From Escherichia coli (GTDB lineage Bacteria > Pseudomonadota > Gammaproteobacteria > Enterobacterales > Enterobacteriaceae): a stretch of DNA of 64,000 bases. Made by a program: the position numbers and the translations under genes. Location: assembly GCF_016026235.1 (NCBI RefSeq), contig NZ_CP065613.1. One strand, given 5' to 3'. Positions 40,225 through 58,372 of the stretch are shown here, one piece after another. The notes under the pieces were generated by a model. That model was given only the letters and a program-made list of their open reading frames with translations, was not told the DNA's origin and did no database searches. The stretch's first letter is position 1. Each line of letters opens with the position of its first letter.

Positions 40225-41085
40225 TTAATCCTTACTTAGCGCATACACCGTCTGACCACGCAGCGTGAAGCGGCGCTCAAGGTGGCTAAAGTTTTCAGAG
40301 TGACCCGCAAACAGCAATCCGTCGGGTTTAAGGAGCGGAACAAAGCGGCGCAAAATCTCCTGCTGGGTATTTTGATCGAAGTAGATCATGACGTTACGAC
40401 AGAAGATCGCATCAAACGGCCCCGGCACGGTGTACTGTTTCGCCAGTAAATTCAGCGGGGCAAAATCAACATAGTTCGCCAGCTCCTGACGCACGCGTAC
40501 CAGCCCTTCATGCGGTCCCGTCCCTCGCATGAAATACCGTTGCAGTTGCTGCGGCGTCAGGTTTTTCAACTCTTCATGGCGATAAATACCGCTTCTGGCT
40601 TTTTCCAGCACTTCGGTGTCGATATCGCTGGCAAACACTTTCCAGCGTCCGGGCGCGGTGCCCAATGTGTCAGCCAGCGTCATCGCAATGCTGTATGGCT
40701 CTTCGCCGGTTGAAGCCGCCGCGCTCCATACGCGATACTCGCCAGAACGGCGACGTGCGTGATCCGCGAGCAGAGGGAAATGATGTGCCTCACGGAAAAA
40801 TGCCGTCAGATTCGTGGTCAGCGAATTGATAAACGCCTGCCACTCACCGCTGTGCTGATTAGATTCCAGCAAGTTCAGATAATGACCGAAATCCGTCAGT
40901 CCCAGCGAACGCAAACGACGAACCAGTCGGTTGTAAACCATGTCGCGTTTATGATCGGCCAGGACGATCCCGGCTCGTTGATAGATCAATTGACTTATCC
41001 GCCGAAAATGCGCGTCGGAAAGCGCCAGGCGCTCGGTCATCTGTAACAATAAAGACGTTTGCCCACAGGGCAGAGATGAAGTCAT
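40225..41085 (-). CDS. cheR: Chemotaxis methyltransferase CheR
   Basis: 286 aa, recognised. Confidence 0.95.
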   Translation of the reverse strand: MTSSLPCGQTSLLLQMTERLALSDAHFRRISQLIYQRAGIVLADHKRDMVYNRLVRRLRSLGLTDFGHYLNLLESNQHSGEWQAFINSLTTNLTAFFREAHHFPLLADHARRRSGEYRVWSAAASTGEEPYSIAMTLADTLGTAPGRWKVFASDIDTEVLEKARSGIYRHEELKNLTPQQLQRYFMRGTGPHEGLVRVRQELANYVDFAPLNLLAKQYTVPGPFDAIFCRNVMIYFDQNTQQEILRRFVPLLKPDGLLFAGHSENFSHLERRFTLRGQTVYALSKD

Positions 41086-41103
41086 AGCGCCTTCTCAATC
41101 ACT

Positions 41104-42705
41104 TCAGGATACCACTGGCGCAATTTGTAACTGCGCCGACTCATGTCGTGCTACTTCATGTTCTTCAAGGGTAAATACCGCCACACGCGACGAAAGATGG
41201 TCGGCCTGATTCGCCAGTTGTTCCGTTGCCACCGCCGCTTCTTCTACCAGCGAGGCGTTCTGCTGAGTCACCTGATCCATCTGGCTGACAGCCTGTGCAA
41301 CCTGCTCAATCCCCCGCTGTTGTTCTTCCGACGCAGAGGCAATTTCTCCCATAATGTCGTTCACGCGGGTCACCGAACTGACAATATCGATCATGGTCGC
41401 GGCGGCGTTATTCACCAGTTTCGAACCCTGCTGGACACGATTGACTGACTCTTCGATCAGCCCTTTGATCTCTTTTGCTGCCTGCGCGCTACGGCTGGCA
41501 AGATTGCGCACTTCACCTGCCACTACCGCAAAACCACGCCCCTGCTCTCCGGCGCGAGCCGCTTCCACTGCCGCATTCAGGGCCAGAATATTGGTCTGGA
41601 AAGCAATTCCGTCGATAACGCTGATAATGTCGCCAATTTTTTGCGAGCTGGTGGCGATCTCCTGCATGGTGTGAGTCATGGTACTGACCTGAACACCGCC
41701 CGCCTGCGCCGTTGTCGCGGCATTTTTTGCCAGTTCCGACGCCTGTCGTGCGTTATCGGCGTTTTGCCCTACCGTGGCGGTTAATTGCTCCATACTGGCG
41801 GCCGTTTGTGCCAGCGATGCCGCCTGCTGTTCGGTACGACTTGAGAGATCGTTATTGCCTGCGACAATCTCCGCGATACCAATGTGCATCTCCTGGCTTC
41901 CCTTACGCACATCACTTACCGTCCCACGCAAAGCCTGCTGCATGGTCTTCAGACTGGCAAAAATGGCGGTGATCTCATTACGACCATATACCGCAATCGG
42001 ACGCGCCAGATTACCCGCAGCAATGCTGTCAAAATGGCTACCAATAATGGCCAGTGGTTGAACAATCATCTTGCGCGTCCACCACAGCGCACTGCTGATG
42101 TAGATTGCCGCAACAATAATCATGCTGATAAACACCAGCGCCGAAATCTGATAGTTACGCTGACTTTGCGCACTGGCGGCTTCCAGCACATGGTTGATCT
42201 CCAGCTGCCAGGCCTCAAAGTTAACGTCAAACGCATTCTGTGATCCCTGCACCGGCGCAGTGAGGAAATCCGAAAGTTGATTACTTTCAAGCCAGGTCGC
42301 CTGATGTTCGAGATCGTTGTGCCAGCGGGCAAAACTTTTCTCCGTCTCTTTTTGCAATGCCCTGACGTGCTCGTTGCCCGCAGTCATCGCCATAAAACTT
42401 TTAAACAGCGTGGTGGATTGCGTCAGACTGGCGCGCACCGTCGTCATCAACGTTTTAATGTCATCCGCCGGATAGCTAAGTGCCGTCAGAGTGCCCGCTT
42501 TGTTCAGCGCGGTACTGGCCTGTAACATTACCGCCCGAGTTTGCGCTAATGCCGCACGTTGCTGATTGCTCTGCTCGACCTGATTCAGTCGTTGCAAATC
42601 GTCGCGAAATGCCCAAAAAGACATGCCGTTACTGCCAATCTGCAAGATCCCGCAGAGAATCAAAATTAAAAACAGCGTGGTCGAAATTCGAATACGATTA
42701 AACAT
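41104..42705 (-). CDS. tap: Methyl-accepting chemotaxis protein IV (dipeptide) Tap
   Basis: MFNRIRISTTLFLILILCGILQ..., 533 aa, with HAMP and MCP signalling domains. Confidence 0.95.
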   Translation of the reverse strand: MFNRIRISTTLFLILILCGILQIGSNGMSFWAFRDDLQRLNQVEQSNQQRAALAQTRAVMLQASTALNKAGTLTALSYPADDIKTLMTTVRASLTQSTTLFKSFMAMTAGNEHVRALQKETEKSFARWHNDLEHQATWLESNQLSDFLTAPVQGSQNAFDVNFEAWQLEINHVLEAASAQSQRNYQISALVFISMIIVAAIYISSALWWTRKMIVQPLAIIGSHFDSIAAGNLARPIAVYGRNEITAIFASLKTMQQALRGTVSDVRKGSQEMHIGIAEIVAGNNDLSSRTEQQAASLAQTAASMEQLTATVGQNADNARQASELAKNAATTAQAGGVQVSTMTHTMQEIATSSQKIGDIISVIDGIAFQTNILALNAAVEAARAGEQGRGFAVVAGEVRNLASRSAQAAKEIKGLIEESVNRVQQGSKLVNNAAATMIDIVSSVTRVNDIMGEIASASEEQQRGIEQVAQAVSQMDQVTQQNASLVEEAAVATEQLANQADHLSSRVAVFTLEEHEVARHESAQLQIAPVVS

Positions 42706-42750
42706 CAACGCTCCCCATCAGGCGGCAATGACCGCGTTAGTAAATACTCG

Positions 42751-44412
42751 TCAAAATGTTTCCCAGTTTGGATCTTGTTCAGCAATTCGCAGTCGTGGCT
42801 GTGCCGGTGGTTGCTCACTGGCAGGACGGGATGGTGTTTGCGGTTTATTGGTGAGTGGGCTGGCTGCCAGACGGAACGCGGAAACCGCTTGCGTTAAACG
42901 ACTCGCCTGTTCTTCCAGCGCAGCGGCGGCGGCAGCTGATTCCTGCACCAGCGATGCGTTCTGTTGCGTGACGCGATCCATTTCCGAAACCGCCAATGCG
43001 ACTTGATCGATGCCACGGCTCTGTTCATCCGATGCCGATGCAATCTCGCCCATAATGTCAGTCACGCGAGTGACAGCATTGACGATATTGTTCATTGTTT
43101 CCCCGGCGCTTTCGACCAGCACCGAACCGGTATCAACGCGTGCGACGGAGTCTTCAATGAGGGCTTTGATCTCTTTTGCCGCTTGGGCGCTGCGACTGGC
43201 AAGATTACGCACTTCACCCGCCACCACGGCAAAACCACGGCCCTGTTCACCCGCACGCGCGGCTTCAACCGCGGCATTCAGCGCGAGGATATTAGTCTGG
43301 AAGGCAATACCGTCGATAACGCTGATAATGTCGGCAATTTTCTTCGAACTATCGGCGATCTCATGCATCGTTTTCACTACGCCATCCACCACTTTGCCGC
43401 CGTGCTGGGCGGTGTCGGAGGCACTTTGCGCCAGTTGCGAGGCCTGGCGGGCGTTATCGGCGTTTTGCTTCACTGTCGCGGTGAGCTGCTCCATGCTGGC
43501 GGCAGTTTCTTCCAGCGCGGATGCCTGCTGTTCAGTACGGGAGGAAAGATCGGTGTTGCCCGCCGCAATTTCACGGGTACCGGCATAGATGGCATCTGAA
43601 CCTTCGCGGACATGAGTGACGGTGTCAGTCAAAGAGCGTTGCATATGTGAAACGCTCTGCGCCAGGTCGCCCATTTCACTGCGCCCGTCAATGGTCAGGG
43701 TATTCGCCAGGTTACCACCGGCGATTTCGCGAATGTGAGCAATAATTTTTGCCAGCGGAGTAAGCAACATACGGCGAATGCCGTACCACGCCACCAGCAG
43801 AATCAATACCACCACCAGCGCGATAACCGCCAGTTGCCACTGGGCAAATCGGTAATCATCTGCGTTGTCAGTGACGATATCGCGATACAGTTTTTCACTG
43901 CTGAGGGCGTACTGAGCAAACGCTTCGCCCATTGCATTTTGCATTCCCTGGGTTGGCTGAGCGAAATAAGCTCCAGTATTGCCATAATCTAGATAATCAA
44001 TCAGTTCAGTTAACGCTGTGTAATAGTTTTTATATTTTTCATCAATATTACGACTGGTAGCGACCATTTCAGGTAACGGTGCCATGCTTTTGAATTTTTT
44101 ATAATGCGTCGCTGCCTGCGCCAATGTTTTCCTGGCGCTATCGAGCAATTCAACTTTGGCGTTACTTTGTTGATTGGAGGAATCCATCATCATCCGCACC
44201 GCTGAACGACTCAGGTTAATGCGCGTTTGCAGCATTAAATCCCAGGTTGACGTCAGCTCGCCCTGCTGTTCCCGTAATTGATTGGAAACCACAAAGCTCT
44301 TCTGGCTATGGTGAAGGGAAGAAAAAAACAGACTGCCGGAAATAAGCTGTAACAGTGCGAATACCCCCAGCACCATTACCAACAGCGTGACTACGCGGAT
44401 ACGGTTAATCAT
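42751..44412 (-). CDS. tar: Methyl-accepting chemotaxis protein II (aspartate) Tar
   Basis: [22 protein letters not shown]..., 553 aa, ending in NWETF. Confidence 0.95.
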   Translation of the reverse strand: MINRIRVVTLLVMVLGVFALLQLISGSLFFSSLHHSQKSFVVSNQLREQQGELTSTWDLMLQTRINLSRSAVRMMMDSSNQQSNAKVELLDSARKTLAQAATHYKKFKSMAPLPEMVATSRNIDEKYKNYYTALTELIDYLDYGNTGAYFAQPTQGMQNAMGEAFAQYALSSEKLYRDIVTDNADDYRFAQWQLAVIALVVVLILLVAWYGIRRMLLTPLAKIIAHIREIAGGNLANTLTIDGRSEMGDLAQSVSHMQRSLTDTVTHVREGSDAIYAGTREIAAGNTDLSSRTEQQASALEETAASMEQLTATVKQNADNARQASQLAQSASDTAQHGGKVVDGVVKTMHEIADSSKKIADIISVIDGIAFQTNILALNAAVEAARAGEQGRGFAVVAGEVRNLASRSAQAAKEIKALIEDSVARVDTGSVLVESAGETMNNIVNAVTRVTDIMGEIASASDEQSRGIDQVALAVSEMDRVTQQNASLVQESAAAAAALEEQASRLTQAVSAFRLAASPLTNKPQTPSRPASEQPPAQPRLRIAEQDPNWETF

Positions 44413-44443
44413 AAGGCACCTTCCTGAAAACAAGTTGATCTCG

Positions 44444-44470
44444 TTATCGGCAAGAAGGGGGGAAACTTTA
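44444..44470 (-). promoter_or_regulatory. Sigma-28 (FliA) class III promoter of the tar-tap-cheRBYZ operon
   Basis: The minus strand reads TAAAGTTT-11nt-GCCGATAA, a perfect match to the FliA consensus, about 30 nt upstream of the tar start codon. Confidence 0.8.
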
Positions 44471-44501
44471 TTGCTGATGCCACCCGCCGCGAAATTGAAA
44501 T

Positions 44502-44530
44502 AAAAAACCCGATGCGCAGATCATCGGGTT
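44502..44530 (-). terminator. Terminator of the motAB-cheAW operon
   Basis: The minus strand reads AACCCGATG-loop-CATCGGGTT followed by TTTTTTATTT. Confidence 0.75.
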
Positions 44531-44556
44531 CATTTCAATTGAGGAAATCGGGAGAA

Positions 44557-45060
44557 TTACGCCACTTCTGACGCCGCGCTATCTAACAGCGCCATCTCTT
44601 CGCTGTTCAGCAGTTTTTCGATGTTCACCAGAATCAACATACGGTCGCCCAGTGCGCCCAGTCCAGTGAGATATTCTGTTGAAAGCGTCACGGCAAACTC
44701 TGGTGCCGGACGAATTTGCTCCGCCGTCAATGAAAGCACGTCTGAAACGCCGTCAACCACGATGCCGACCACCCGCTGTCCGAGATTCAGGACGATAACT
44801 ACCGTGTTGTCGTTATAGTCCACATCCACCTGGCTGAACTTAATTCGTAAGTCAACAATCGGCACAATAACGCCGCGCAGATTCGTGACGCCTTTGATAA
44901 ACGCTGGCGTGTTCGCAATCCGTGTTACCTGATCGTAGCCACGGATCTCCTGCACTTTCAGGATATCAATACCGTACTCTTCATCACCAAGGGTAAATAC
45001 CAGAAATTCCTGGCCTGACGGCTCGCTGGCCAGCTTTGTTACATTCGTCATACCGGTCAT
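44557..45060 (-). CDS. cheW: Chemotaxis coupling protein CheW
   Basis: 167 aa, recognised. Confidence 0.95.
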
Positions 45061-45080
45061 ATTGTTACCTTTTTACTCAT

Positions 45081-47972
<2,892 letters not shown>

Positions 47973-48235
47973 GCTTCCTCGGTTGTCGTCTGTTGTTGCG
48001 GATTTTTCACCGCACGCACATGCTCTTCCAGTTCAATAAACGACGGACGTTCGCTGGAATAGAGCGTTTTGCGACCAAACTCAACGGCGATAGGCGGTGC
48101 GTAACCGTTCAGATTAGAAAGCAGAGTGACTTTGACGCACTGCATCATTTTGCTGGTTTCGGCGCTTTTCTGACGTAAAACACTCGCTAATGGGGAAATA
48201 AATCCGTAAGCCAATAAAATGCCGAGGAAAGTCCC

Positions 48236-49528
48236 CTGAGGAATCCCCAGAAAACAAGACAGGCATAGTGAGATGTGATCTAATTGATTGTGCTAACAAT
48301 TTCAAGGAGATCACCACTATGCCTGCACGTTCATTATGCCAAAATTTCCTTAACAACATACTGGCCCCTTTGCATCTTTACCGTCAAAAATCACTGATTG
48401 ACGCAACTAATGCTGTAATAAATGGCGCTTCCCTCACACTTACCAGTATCGGGCGTCATTTAACCGGTACGGCATCAGTTAAAAACAAAATAAAGCGGGT
48501 GGATCGACTGTTGGGGAATCGACATTTGCAAAATGAGGTTTCCACCATTTTTCAGCGAATTACCCAAAAGATTACGCGGGGAATGTCTCGTGTTGTGATA
48601 CTCATTGACTGGAGTGCTTATCATGCCTCTCGTTTTCAGCTTTTGCGGGCAAGCCTGGCATGTGACGGGCGTTCTTTACCGTTGATGAGTTGTGTCGTTC
48701 CATCATCACAGACAGCGAATGCAGATGTACATGAGCGTTTTCTGGAATCGCTTGCTGAGTGCTTTTCCCCCGGGACTGATGTCATTGTTATTACAGATGC
48801 CGGTTTTCAGGGGCGATGGTTCCAACAGCTCCGCTCCCGTGGCTGGACCTATATTTGCCGGGTACTGGGCAATCATTATTACAATGTTGGTAATGGCTGG
48901 GAAAAGGTGTCGGACTCAGGCACAAAAGCATCAACGACAGCAATTTATTTAGGTGAAGGCCTGCTGGGTCGAGATAAAAATGCACAACATGAAGGGCATT
49001 TTTATCTTTATAAAAGTAAGCCTAAAGGTCGTTGATTTAAACGCTCGAAGGAAAGAGCAACCAGACCATCGGTGACGGCTAAAGCTCGTACTGCCGGGAA
49101 ATCACCATGGTTTATTTTCACAAACAGTACTGAGTTCTCGCCAAAACAGGTAATGAAATTATACAGCCGTAGAATGCAAATTGAGCAAAATTTCAGGGAT
49201 GAAAAAATCCTCGCTGGGGATTTGGACTACGGTTTGGTGCCAGTCATTCATCCGGGCGGGTCACGGTATTGAGTCTGATCGCAACATTAGCCAGTATCAT
49301 TATGTGGTTAAGCGGTTTCAGCCTGGAAAACAAAGGGATACATCATAAATATCAGGCAAATACAGTGAAGCACAGGCGAGTCATCTCGTTATTAAAACTG
49401 GCGGAGAATGTGATTCGACATTCTCCACTCATACTAAACACACTGTCACTTGACGCAGGGCTGAAAGTTCTACAGCAACGGTATACCAATATGATAATGG
49501 TTTACTAAATTTTCTGGGGATCCCTCAG
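48236..49528 (+). mobile_element. IS10-like element (IS4 family), about 1293 bp, with defective transposase
   Basis: Terminal inverted repeats are CTGAGGAATCCCCAGAAAA and TTTTCTGGGGATCCCTCAG (1 mismatch), resembling IS10 ends. The flanking direct repeat GGAAAGTCC(C) at 48226-48235 and 49529-49538 is consistent with a 9-bp duplication, with a 1-nt boundary ambiguity. Confidence 0.9.
48268..49508 (+). pseudogene. IS10-type DDE transposase with an in-frame TGA and a frameshift
   Basis: Collinear with the IS10 transposase (IKRVDRLLGNRHL, ILIDWS, VITDAGF, YSRRMQIEQNFRDEK). An in-frame TGA lies at 49033-49035. The frame changes near the A6 run at 49202-49207, after which PRWGFGLRFG... continues in the +2 frame. 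Confidence 0.85.
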
Positions 49529-50227
49529 GGAAAGTCCCCACCATCGCATGTGCGATAAGCGCACCCAGCTCGGCGGCAGGACGATCGGCTGAACCTAACG
49601 CGTGAACGACCCCCATTACAGCCGCGACAATACCAAACGCCGGAAGTGAGTCCCCGACCAGCGCCAGACTGTTCGCCGGGACTTCTGCCTCGCTTTCGTG
49701 CGTCTCAATCTCTTCATCCATCAGGGCTTCGATTTCGAAGGTGTTCATATGACCGCTGATAATCAGACGCAGATAATCGACGATAAAATCAAGCATGACG
49801 CTATCCGCGAGGATGCGTGGGTAGCTGGCGAAGATCTCGCTCTCACGGGGATTTTCAATATCACGTTCCAGCGAAAACATCCCCATCTGCCGCGATTTCG
49901 CCATCAACCGATAAAGCAGAGCCAGCAGATCCATATACATTGCTTTGGTGTATTTGGAGCGACGAAACAGCAACGGCAGCGCTTTCAGCGTGCCTTTAAT
50001 CGCTTTGCCATTATTGCCGACGATAAACGACCCAATCCCTGCACCGGCAATAATCACCAGTTCAGCGGGTTGATAGAGTGCTCCAAGGCTTCCACCGGTC
50101 ATCAAATAACCGCCGAAAACTGTACCGAGAACAACCAGGTAACCTAATAAGATAAGCACGACATCATCCTTCCACTGTTGACCATGACAGGATGTTCAGT
50201 CGTCAGGCGTTAACGCGCGATTGGGGC

Positions 50228-50259
50228 AAAAAAAAGCAGCGGTACGTCGTTACCGCTGC
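50228..50259 (-). terminator. flhDC operon terminator
   Basis: The minus strand reads GCAGCGGTAACGACGTACCGCTGC followed by TTTTTTTT. Confidence 0.75.
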
Positions 50260-50285
50260 TGGAATGTTGCGCCACACCGTATCAG

Positions 50286-50864
50286 TTAAACAGCCTGTAC
50301 TCTCTGTTCATCCAGCAGTTGTGGGATAATATCGGCAGGATTCTGGGAAAGTTTACGTCTTTTTACTGCCCGGGATGGCGGTTGACATAAGCTGCAGGCA
50401 AAGCTGCCAACAGGCTGGTGAGCGTGGGTAATAAAATTGCCGCCGCAGCAGTTGCAGCTGGAAAGTTGCAGTAATCCACTTTCAACAAACCGCACCAATG
50501 TCCAGGCACGGGTTAATGCCAGCAGTGGTCCTTCTTCTGCTTGTGGGCACTGTTCAAGGTATAAACGGTAGGCTTTGATCACCGCATCGACGCCATTACA
50601 CAAACCTGTTTTCAGTAAAAACTGCCATGCATTACAGAACATCGAAGCATGAACGTTTTGTTCCCAGGTCATAAACCAGTCGGTTGAGAATGGCAGCATG
50701 CCTTTCGGCGGTGGGCTTCCGCGCAGTTCTTTATAAAGTTTTATCAGGCGTCCGCGACTTAACTGTGTTTCGCTTTCCAGCATCTGCAAACGAGCGCCCA
50801 GGGTGATCAATTCCATTGCCAGCTGAATATCCCGCGCTTCCTGAACAATGCTTTTTTCACTCAT
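50286..50864 (-). CDS. flhC: Flagellar master regulator subunit FlhC
   Basis: 192 aa, intact, with a zinc-binding Cys cluster. Confidence 0.95.
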
Positions 50865-50866
50865 GA

Positions 50867-51217
50867 TCAGGCCCTTTTCTTGCGCAGCGCTTCTTCAGGC
50901 TGATTAACATCATTCAGCAAGCGTGTTGAGAGCATGATGCCGGTATGAATTTGCTGGAGATCGTCAACGCGGGAATCTTGCGTCAACTGAGTAATCGTCT
51001 GGTGGCTGTCAAAACGGAAGTGACAAACCAGTTGATTGGTTTCTGCCAGCTTAACCATTTGCGGAAGAGTCAGTGCCGCTAACGTTGTCGCCATTTCTTC
51101 ATTTATGCCGAGACGAAACATAGCGGACGCTTTGTCCTGAACAATCAAACGCTGTGCAAGTAGTAAATATGACAAGTTGATGTCATAAATGTGTTTCAGC
51201 AACTCGGAGGTATGCAT
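50867..51217 (-). CDS. flhD: Flagellar master regulator subunit FlhD
   Basis: [24 protein letters not shown]..., 116 aa. The track ORF starts 3 codons earlier at GTG. Confidence 0.95.
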
Positions 51218-51996
51218 TATTCCCACCCAGAATAACCAACTTTATTTTTATGCGGTTTCACCGCACCCCGTGATGTCGCCGGGAAGCCCCAGTAAAAAAT
51301 AATTAGTATTAGAATAGTTGCGATAAGCTGCAATAAGCAGAACCACCTTTTTGGTTTAATATGTCCTTACAAATAGAAATGGGTCTTTACACTTATCTAA
51401 GATTTTTCCTAAATCGACGCAACTGTACTCGTCACTACACGCACATACAACGGAGGGGGGCTGCGATTTTCAATAATGTGTGATGCAGATCACACAAAAC
51501 ACTCAATTACTTAACATAAATGTATAAGTCATACTTTTGTTTTGGGTGTATTTCAATCTGTTAAAAAGTTTTTCGCTACGCTAGCAAGCAAAAATGAAAC
51601 AGGAATAATCGAAATGGGATGTTGCGCACAGTTAAAATAACTCACCGTAAATAATCATCTGCTATAAATAATCACTTTCATGCAATACCAGATAAGCTAT
51701 TTTTAAACAGACACTTACCGCACAACAAACTAATTAAATACAAAGAAAGGCAACAATCAACTTAATGTTAATGAAATGTTTTACATATATTAACCACTTG
51801 TTTAATGCGGAGAATCAGTACACTATTTTCTTATAATTACATTTGAAATTATATGATCACCGGGAGTGATTGATTAATTGTCTTTACTAATAATCAAACT
51901 AATATTTACCTGTTTGACCGAGTTGGGATTGCGTCGTTTCTCCATTAGGAGTAAAGCTTTAATGTCACCTGAAGTTCACAGAATAAGGAACAGGTT

Positions 51997-52425
51997 ATGA
52001 GCTATAGCAATATTCTTGTCGCTGTTGCGGTTACACCGGAAAGTCAGCAACTGCTGGCAAAAGCGGTATCTATCGCCAGGCCAGTAAAGGGACACATCAG
52101 TTTAATTACTCTCGCTTCCGACCCGGAAATGTACAATCAATTAGCCGCGCCGATGCTTGAAGATTTACGCAGCGTGATGCAAGAAGAAACGCAAAGCTTT
52201 CTTGATAAGTTAATTCAGGATGCGGGGTATCCCGTTGACAAGACGTTTATTGCCTACGGTGAGTTAAGCGAACATATTCTGGAAGTATGTCACAAACATC
52301 ATTTCGATTTGGTGATTTGCGGTAATCACAATCACAGTTTCTTTTCGCGAGCATCCTGCTCGGCGAAAAGAGTTATTGCCTCAAGTGAGGTCGATGTGCT
52401 GTTAGTTCCACTTACGGGAGATTAA
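51997..52425 (+). CDS. uspC: Universal stress protein C
   Basis: 142 aa, recognised (yecG). Confidence 0.9.
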   Translation: MSYSNILVAVAVTPESQQLLAKAVSIARPVKGHISLITLASDPEMYNQLAAPMLEDLRSVMQEETQSFLDKLIQDAGYPVDKTFIAYGELSEHILEVCHKHHFDLVICGNHNHSFFSRASCSAKRVIASSEVDVLLVPLTGD

Positions 52426-52431
52426 CCGCTC

Positions 52432-55787
<3,356 letters not shown>

Positions 55788-55798
55788 ACTCTCCTTAC

Positions 55799-57313
55799 TC
55801 AGGCAACAGCCTGGCTGACTTTAGGCATCGCAAGGCTCAGTGCCTGACGCTCATCTGCCTGCTCGTGTAACAATTCACCGGCGATTTCACCTTCCCGCAT
55901 CACCACAATCCGGTCGGCAACGCCGAGGACTTCAGGTAAGTCGCTGGAGGCAAACAGCACCGCCACACCCTGCGCCGCCAGCGCATAAATCACGTTGTAA
56001 ATTTCATGCTTAGCCCCAACATCAATGCCGCGCGTAGGTTCATCCAGCAAAATGACCTTCATCTCTTCCGATAACCAGCGGCCCAGAATGGCTTTTTGCT
56101 GATTTCCGCCTGAGAGATTCATGATCAGTTGCTCAGCGCCCGGCGTTTTGATGTTGAGCGAACGAATGTGCTGATCGGCATTGTTTTCTTCCCAACCGTT
56201 GTTGATTACACAACCGCCGAGCACATGTTTACGTCTGGCACTGATGTTGATATTGTCGCGAACGGAGTGCACGGGAATAATGCCTTCCGCTTTGCGATCT
56301 TCCGGGCAGAGCATCATGCCTGCGGCAATGGCGTGGCTCGGTTTACTAATATCGATCGGCTGTTGGTCGATATAAACCTGACCGGCGGTGATTTGCGTCC
56401 CGCCAAACAAGCCTTTCATTAATTCGCTACGCCCCGCCCCTACCAGACCAAACAGCCCAACAATTTCACCACTGCGAACCGCCAGACTTATTGGCGTACG
56501 CACGCCTGGTGCTTTCACAGCATCAAGACGCAGGCGCTCCTCGCCATAACTACGAGGTTGCCAGCCGTAGATATCGCCAATGTCGCGCCCGACCATCGCC
56601 TGCACCAGCGCGTCGTGGTCAACCTGCTGCATATCGGTAAAGGTTTTGACATAACGTCCATCTTTAAAGACAGTGATGGCATCGCTGAGGGCAAATATTT
56701 CTTCCATACGGTGAGAAACGTATAAGATCACCCGCCCCTCTTTTCGCAGTTCACGAATAACGCGGAAAAGATTGTCGATTTCGCGGGCAGAAAGGGAGCT
56801 GGTTGGCTCATCAAAGGCGATAATTTTAGCGTTACGCGCCAGCGCCTTGGCGATTTCAACCATCTGCCACTGACCAATGGAGAGATATTTCAGCGGCGTG
56901 TCCGGGTCAATATCCATACCAAGATGTTTAAGTTGTAAACCCGCCTCATAATTCAGCAATGAGCGATTCACAATGCCGCCTTTATGCGGCAGCTGGCCGA
57001 GATAGATGTTTTCCGCGACGGTCATTTCCGGCACGAGATGCAGTTCCTGGTAAATAATCGCCACACCCGCGTTAAGTGCTGCGGTCGTGTCGGAAAAGGA
57101 CATTTCCTGCCCATTAATCACTACAGAACCCGTGGTTGGCGCATAGTTGCCGCTGAGGATTTTTAAGAGAGTTGATTTTCCTGCGCCATTTTCACCCATC
57201 AACGCATGAACCTGACCGGCATAGCAGTCAAAACTAATATCCGTCAGCGCCTTAACGCAGGGAAACGTTTTACCGATGCCGCGAAATGAGAGATACGGGG
57301 TAGACTGTTGCAT
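55799..57313 (-). CDS. araG: Arabinose ABC transporter ATPase
   Basis: [17 protein letters not shown]..., 504 aa, with duplicated ABC motifs. Confidence 0.95.
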   Translation of the reverse strand: MQQSTPYLSFRGIGKTFPCVKALTDISFDCYAGQVHALMGENGAGKSTLLKILSGNYAPTTGSVVINGQEMSFSDTTAALNAGVAIIYQELHLVPEMTVAENIYLGQLPHKGGIVNRSLLNYEAGLQLKHLGMDIDPDTPLKYLSIGQWQMVEIAKALARNAKIIAFDEPTSSLSAREIDNLFRVIRELRKEGRVILYVSHRMEEIFALSDAITVFKDGRYVKTFTDMQQVDHDALVQAMVGRDIGDIYGWQPRSYGEERLRLDAVKAPGVRTPISLAVRSGEIVGLFGLVGAGRSELMKGLFGGTQITAGQVYIDQQPIDISKPSHAIAAGMMLCPEDRKAEGIIPVHSVRDNINISARRKHVLGGCVINNGWEENNADQHIRSLNIKTPGAEQLIMNLSGGNQQKAILGRWLSEEMKVILLDEPTRGIDVGAKHEIYNVIYALAAQGVAVLFASSDLPEVLGVADRIVVMREGEIAGELLHEQADERQALSLAMPKVSQAVA

Positions 57314-57382
57314 AACGTCTCCGTGAATCACTGGTCGTTCACACCCCCTCTGCATCATGCAGAGGGGAATTTTTCCGGCAAA

Positions 57383-58372
57383 TTACTTACCGCCTAAACC
57401 TTTTTTCTCCAGTTCTTCTTTAAAGTTGTCACGCGTGATCAGCACCACGTCGGTAACTTCGGTAAATTTTGGCGGTTCAACGTCTTTTGCTACCCAGTTG
57501 TAAAGCATTTCGCTGGATTTATAGCCATGTACGTCCGGGCTTGGCAGCAGGGAACCGTAGAAGCCGGTTGCCTGTGCTTTAGACAGTTCGCTCACCGCAT
57601 CCACACCGTTAATGCCAATGCCGATGATATCGGCAGCTTTAAAGCCCTGACCTTCCGTCGCGCGTACGCCGCCCAGCACGGTGCTGTCGTTCATACCGAC
57701 GATCAGCCAATGTTTAACTTCCGGATGTTGAACCAGCATTGAGTTGGCAGCGTCAAATGCCCCCGGGATGTCGTTAGATTTGGTAGGTACCTGATAAATT
57801 TGTTTTTCCGGGAATCCTGCAGCTTTCAGTGCGTCCATAGAACCCGTTGTACGGCGGCGGGCGGTATCCAGTTCGTTGGCGGTAATCGCCATCACCGCGC
57901 TTTCTTTGACATCCCAGCCACGTTTCTGCATCTCTTTATACAGTTCCTGGCCCTGACGTTCGCCAATTTTAGTCGCCGCCATCATCACCAGAGGAACGGT
58001 ATCCATTGGCTTACCTTTGGCGTTAACAAACTGGTCATCCACGGCAATGACTTTCATATCGTAGCCACGCGCTTTCGCGACGATGGCAGAGCCGAGTTTG
58101 GGGTCCGGAGTACAAATAACGAAACCTTTTGCGCCACTGGCAGCCAGGCTGTCGATCGCGTTCAATGTTTTTTCGCCATCCGGCACGGCAATCTTAATAA
58201 CCTCAAACCCTAAATCCTTCCCGGCTTTATCGGCAAACTTCCATTCGGTCTGGAACCACGGCTCTTCCGGTTGCTTCACCAGAAAACCGAGCTTCAGGTT
58301 CTCCGCCATAGCGGATTGTGACATAACGGCTGCCAGACCAATGGCTGCCAGGGCTTTAGTAAATTTGTGCAT
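57383..58372 (-). CDS. araF: Arabinose-binding periplasmic protein
   Basis: MHKFTKALAAIGLAAVMSQSAMA signal peptide, 329 aa. Confidence 0.95.
   Translation of the reverse strand: MHKFTKALAAIGLAAVMSQSAMAENLKLGFLVKQPEEPWFQTEWKFADKAGKDLGFEVIKIAVPDGEKTLNAIDSLAASGAKGFVICTPDPKLGSAIVAKARGYDMKVIAVDDQFVNAKGKPMDTVPLVMMAATKIGERQGQELYKEMQKRGWDVKESAVMAITANELDTARRRTTGSMDALKAAGFPEKQIYQVPTKSNDIPGAFDAANSMLVQHPEVKHWLIVGMNDSTVLGGVRATEGQGFKAADIIGIGINGVDAVSELSKAQATGFYGSLLPSPDVHGYKSSEMLYNWVAKDVEPPKFTEVTDVVLITRDNFKEELEKKGLGGK

Noticed and set aside
41440-43340. Long near-identical stretches shared between 41.4-41.7 kb and 43.1-43.4 kb, which look like a repeat or mobile element
   Set aside because: They are the conserved cytoplasmic signalling domains of the paralogous receptors Tap and Tar (…[51 protein letters not shown]…). 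They are not a transposable or engineered repeat.
42964-43599. Two overlapping plus-strand ORFs of about 200 aa inside tar, with similar ones inside tap
   Set aside because: They are shadow ORFs antisense to the MCP signalling domain. Their repetitive Ala codons give open frames on all strands.
51227-51996. Long AT-rich flhD-uspC intergenic region as a possible degraded insertion
   Set aside because: This large regulatory region is normal for the flhDC promoter in E. coli. I saw no IS termini, direct repeats or ORFs.
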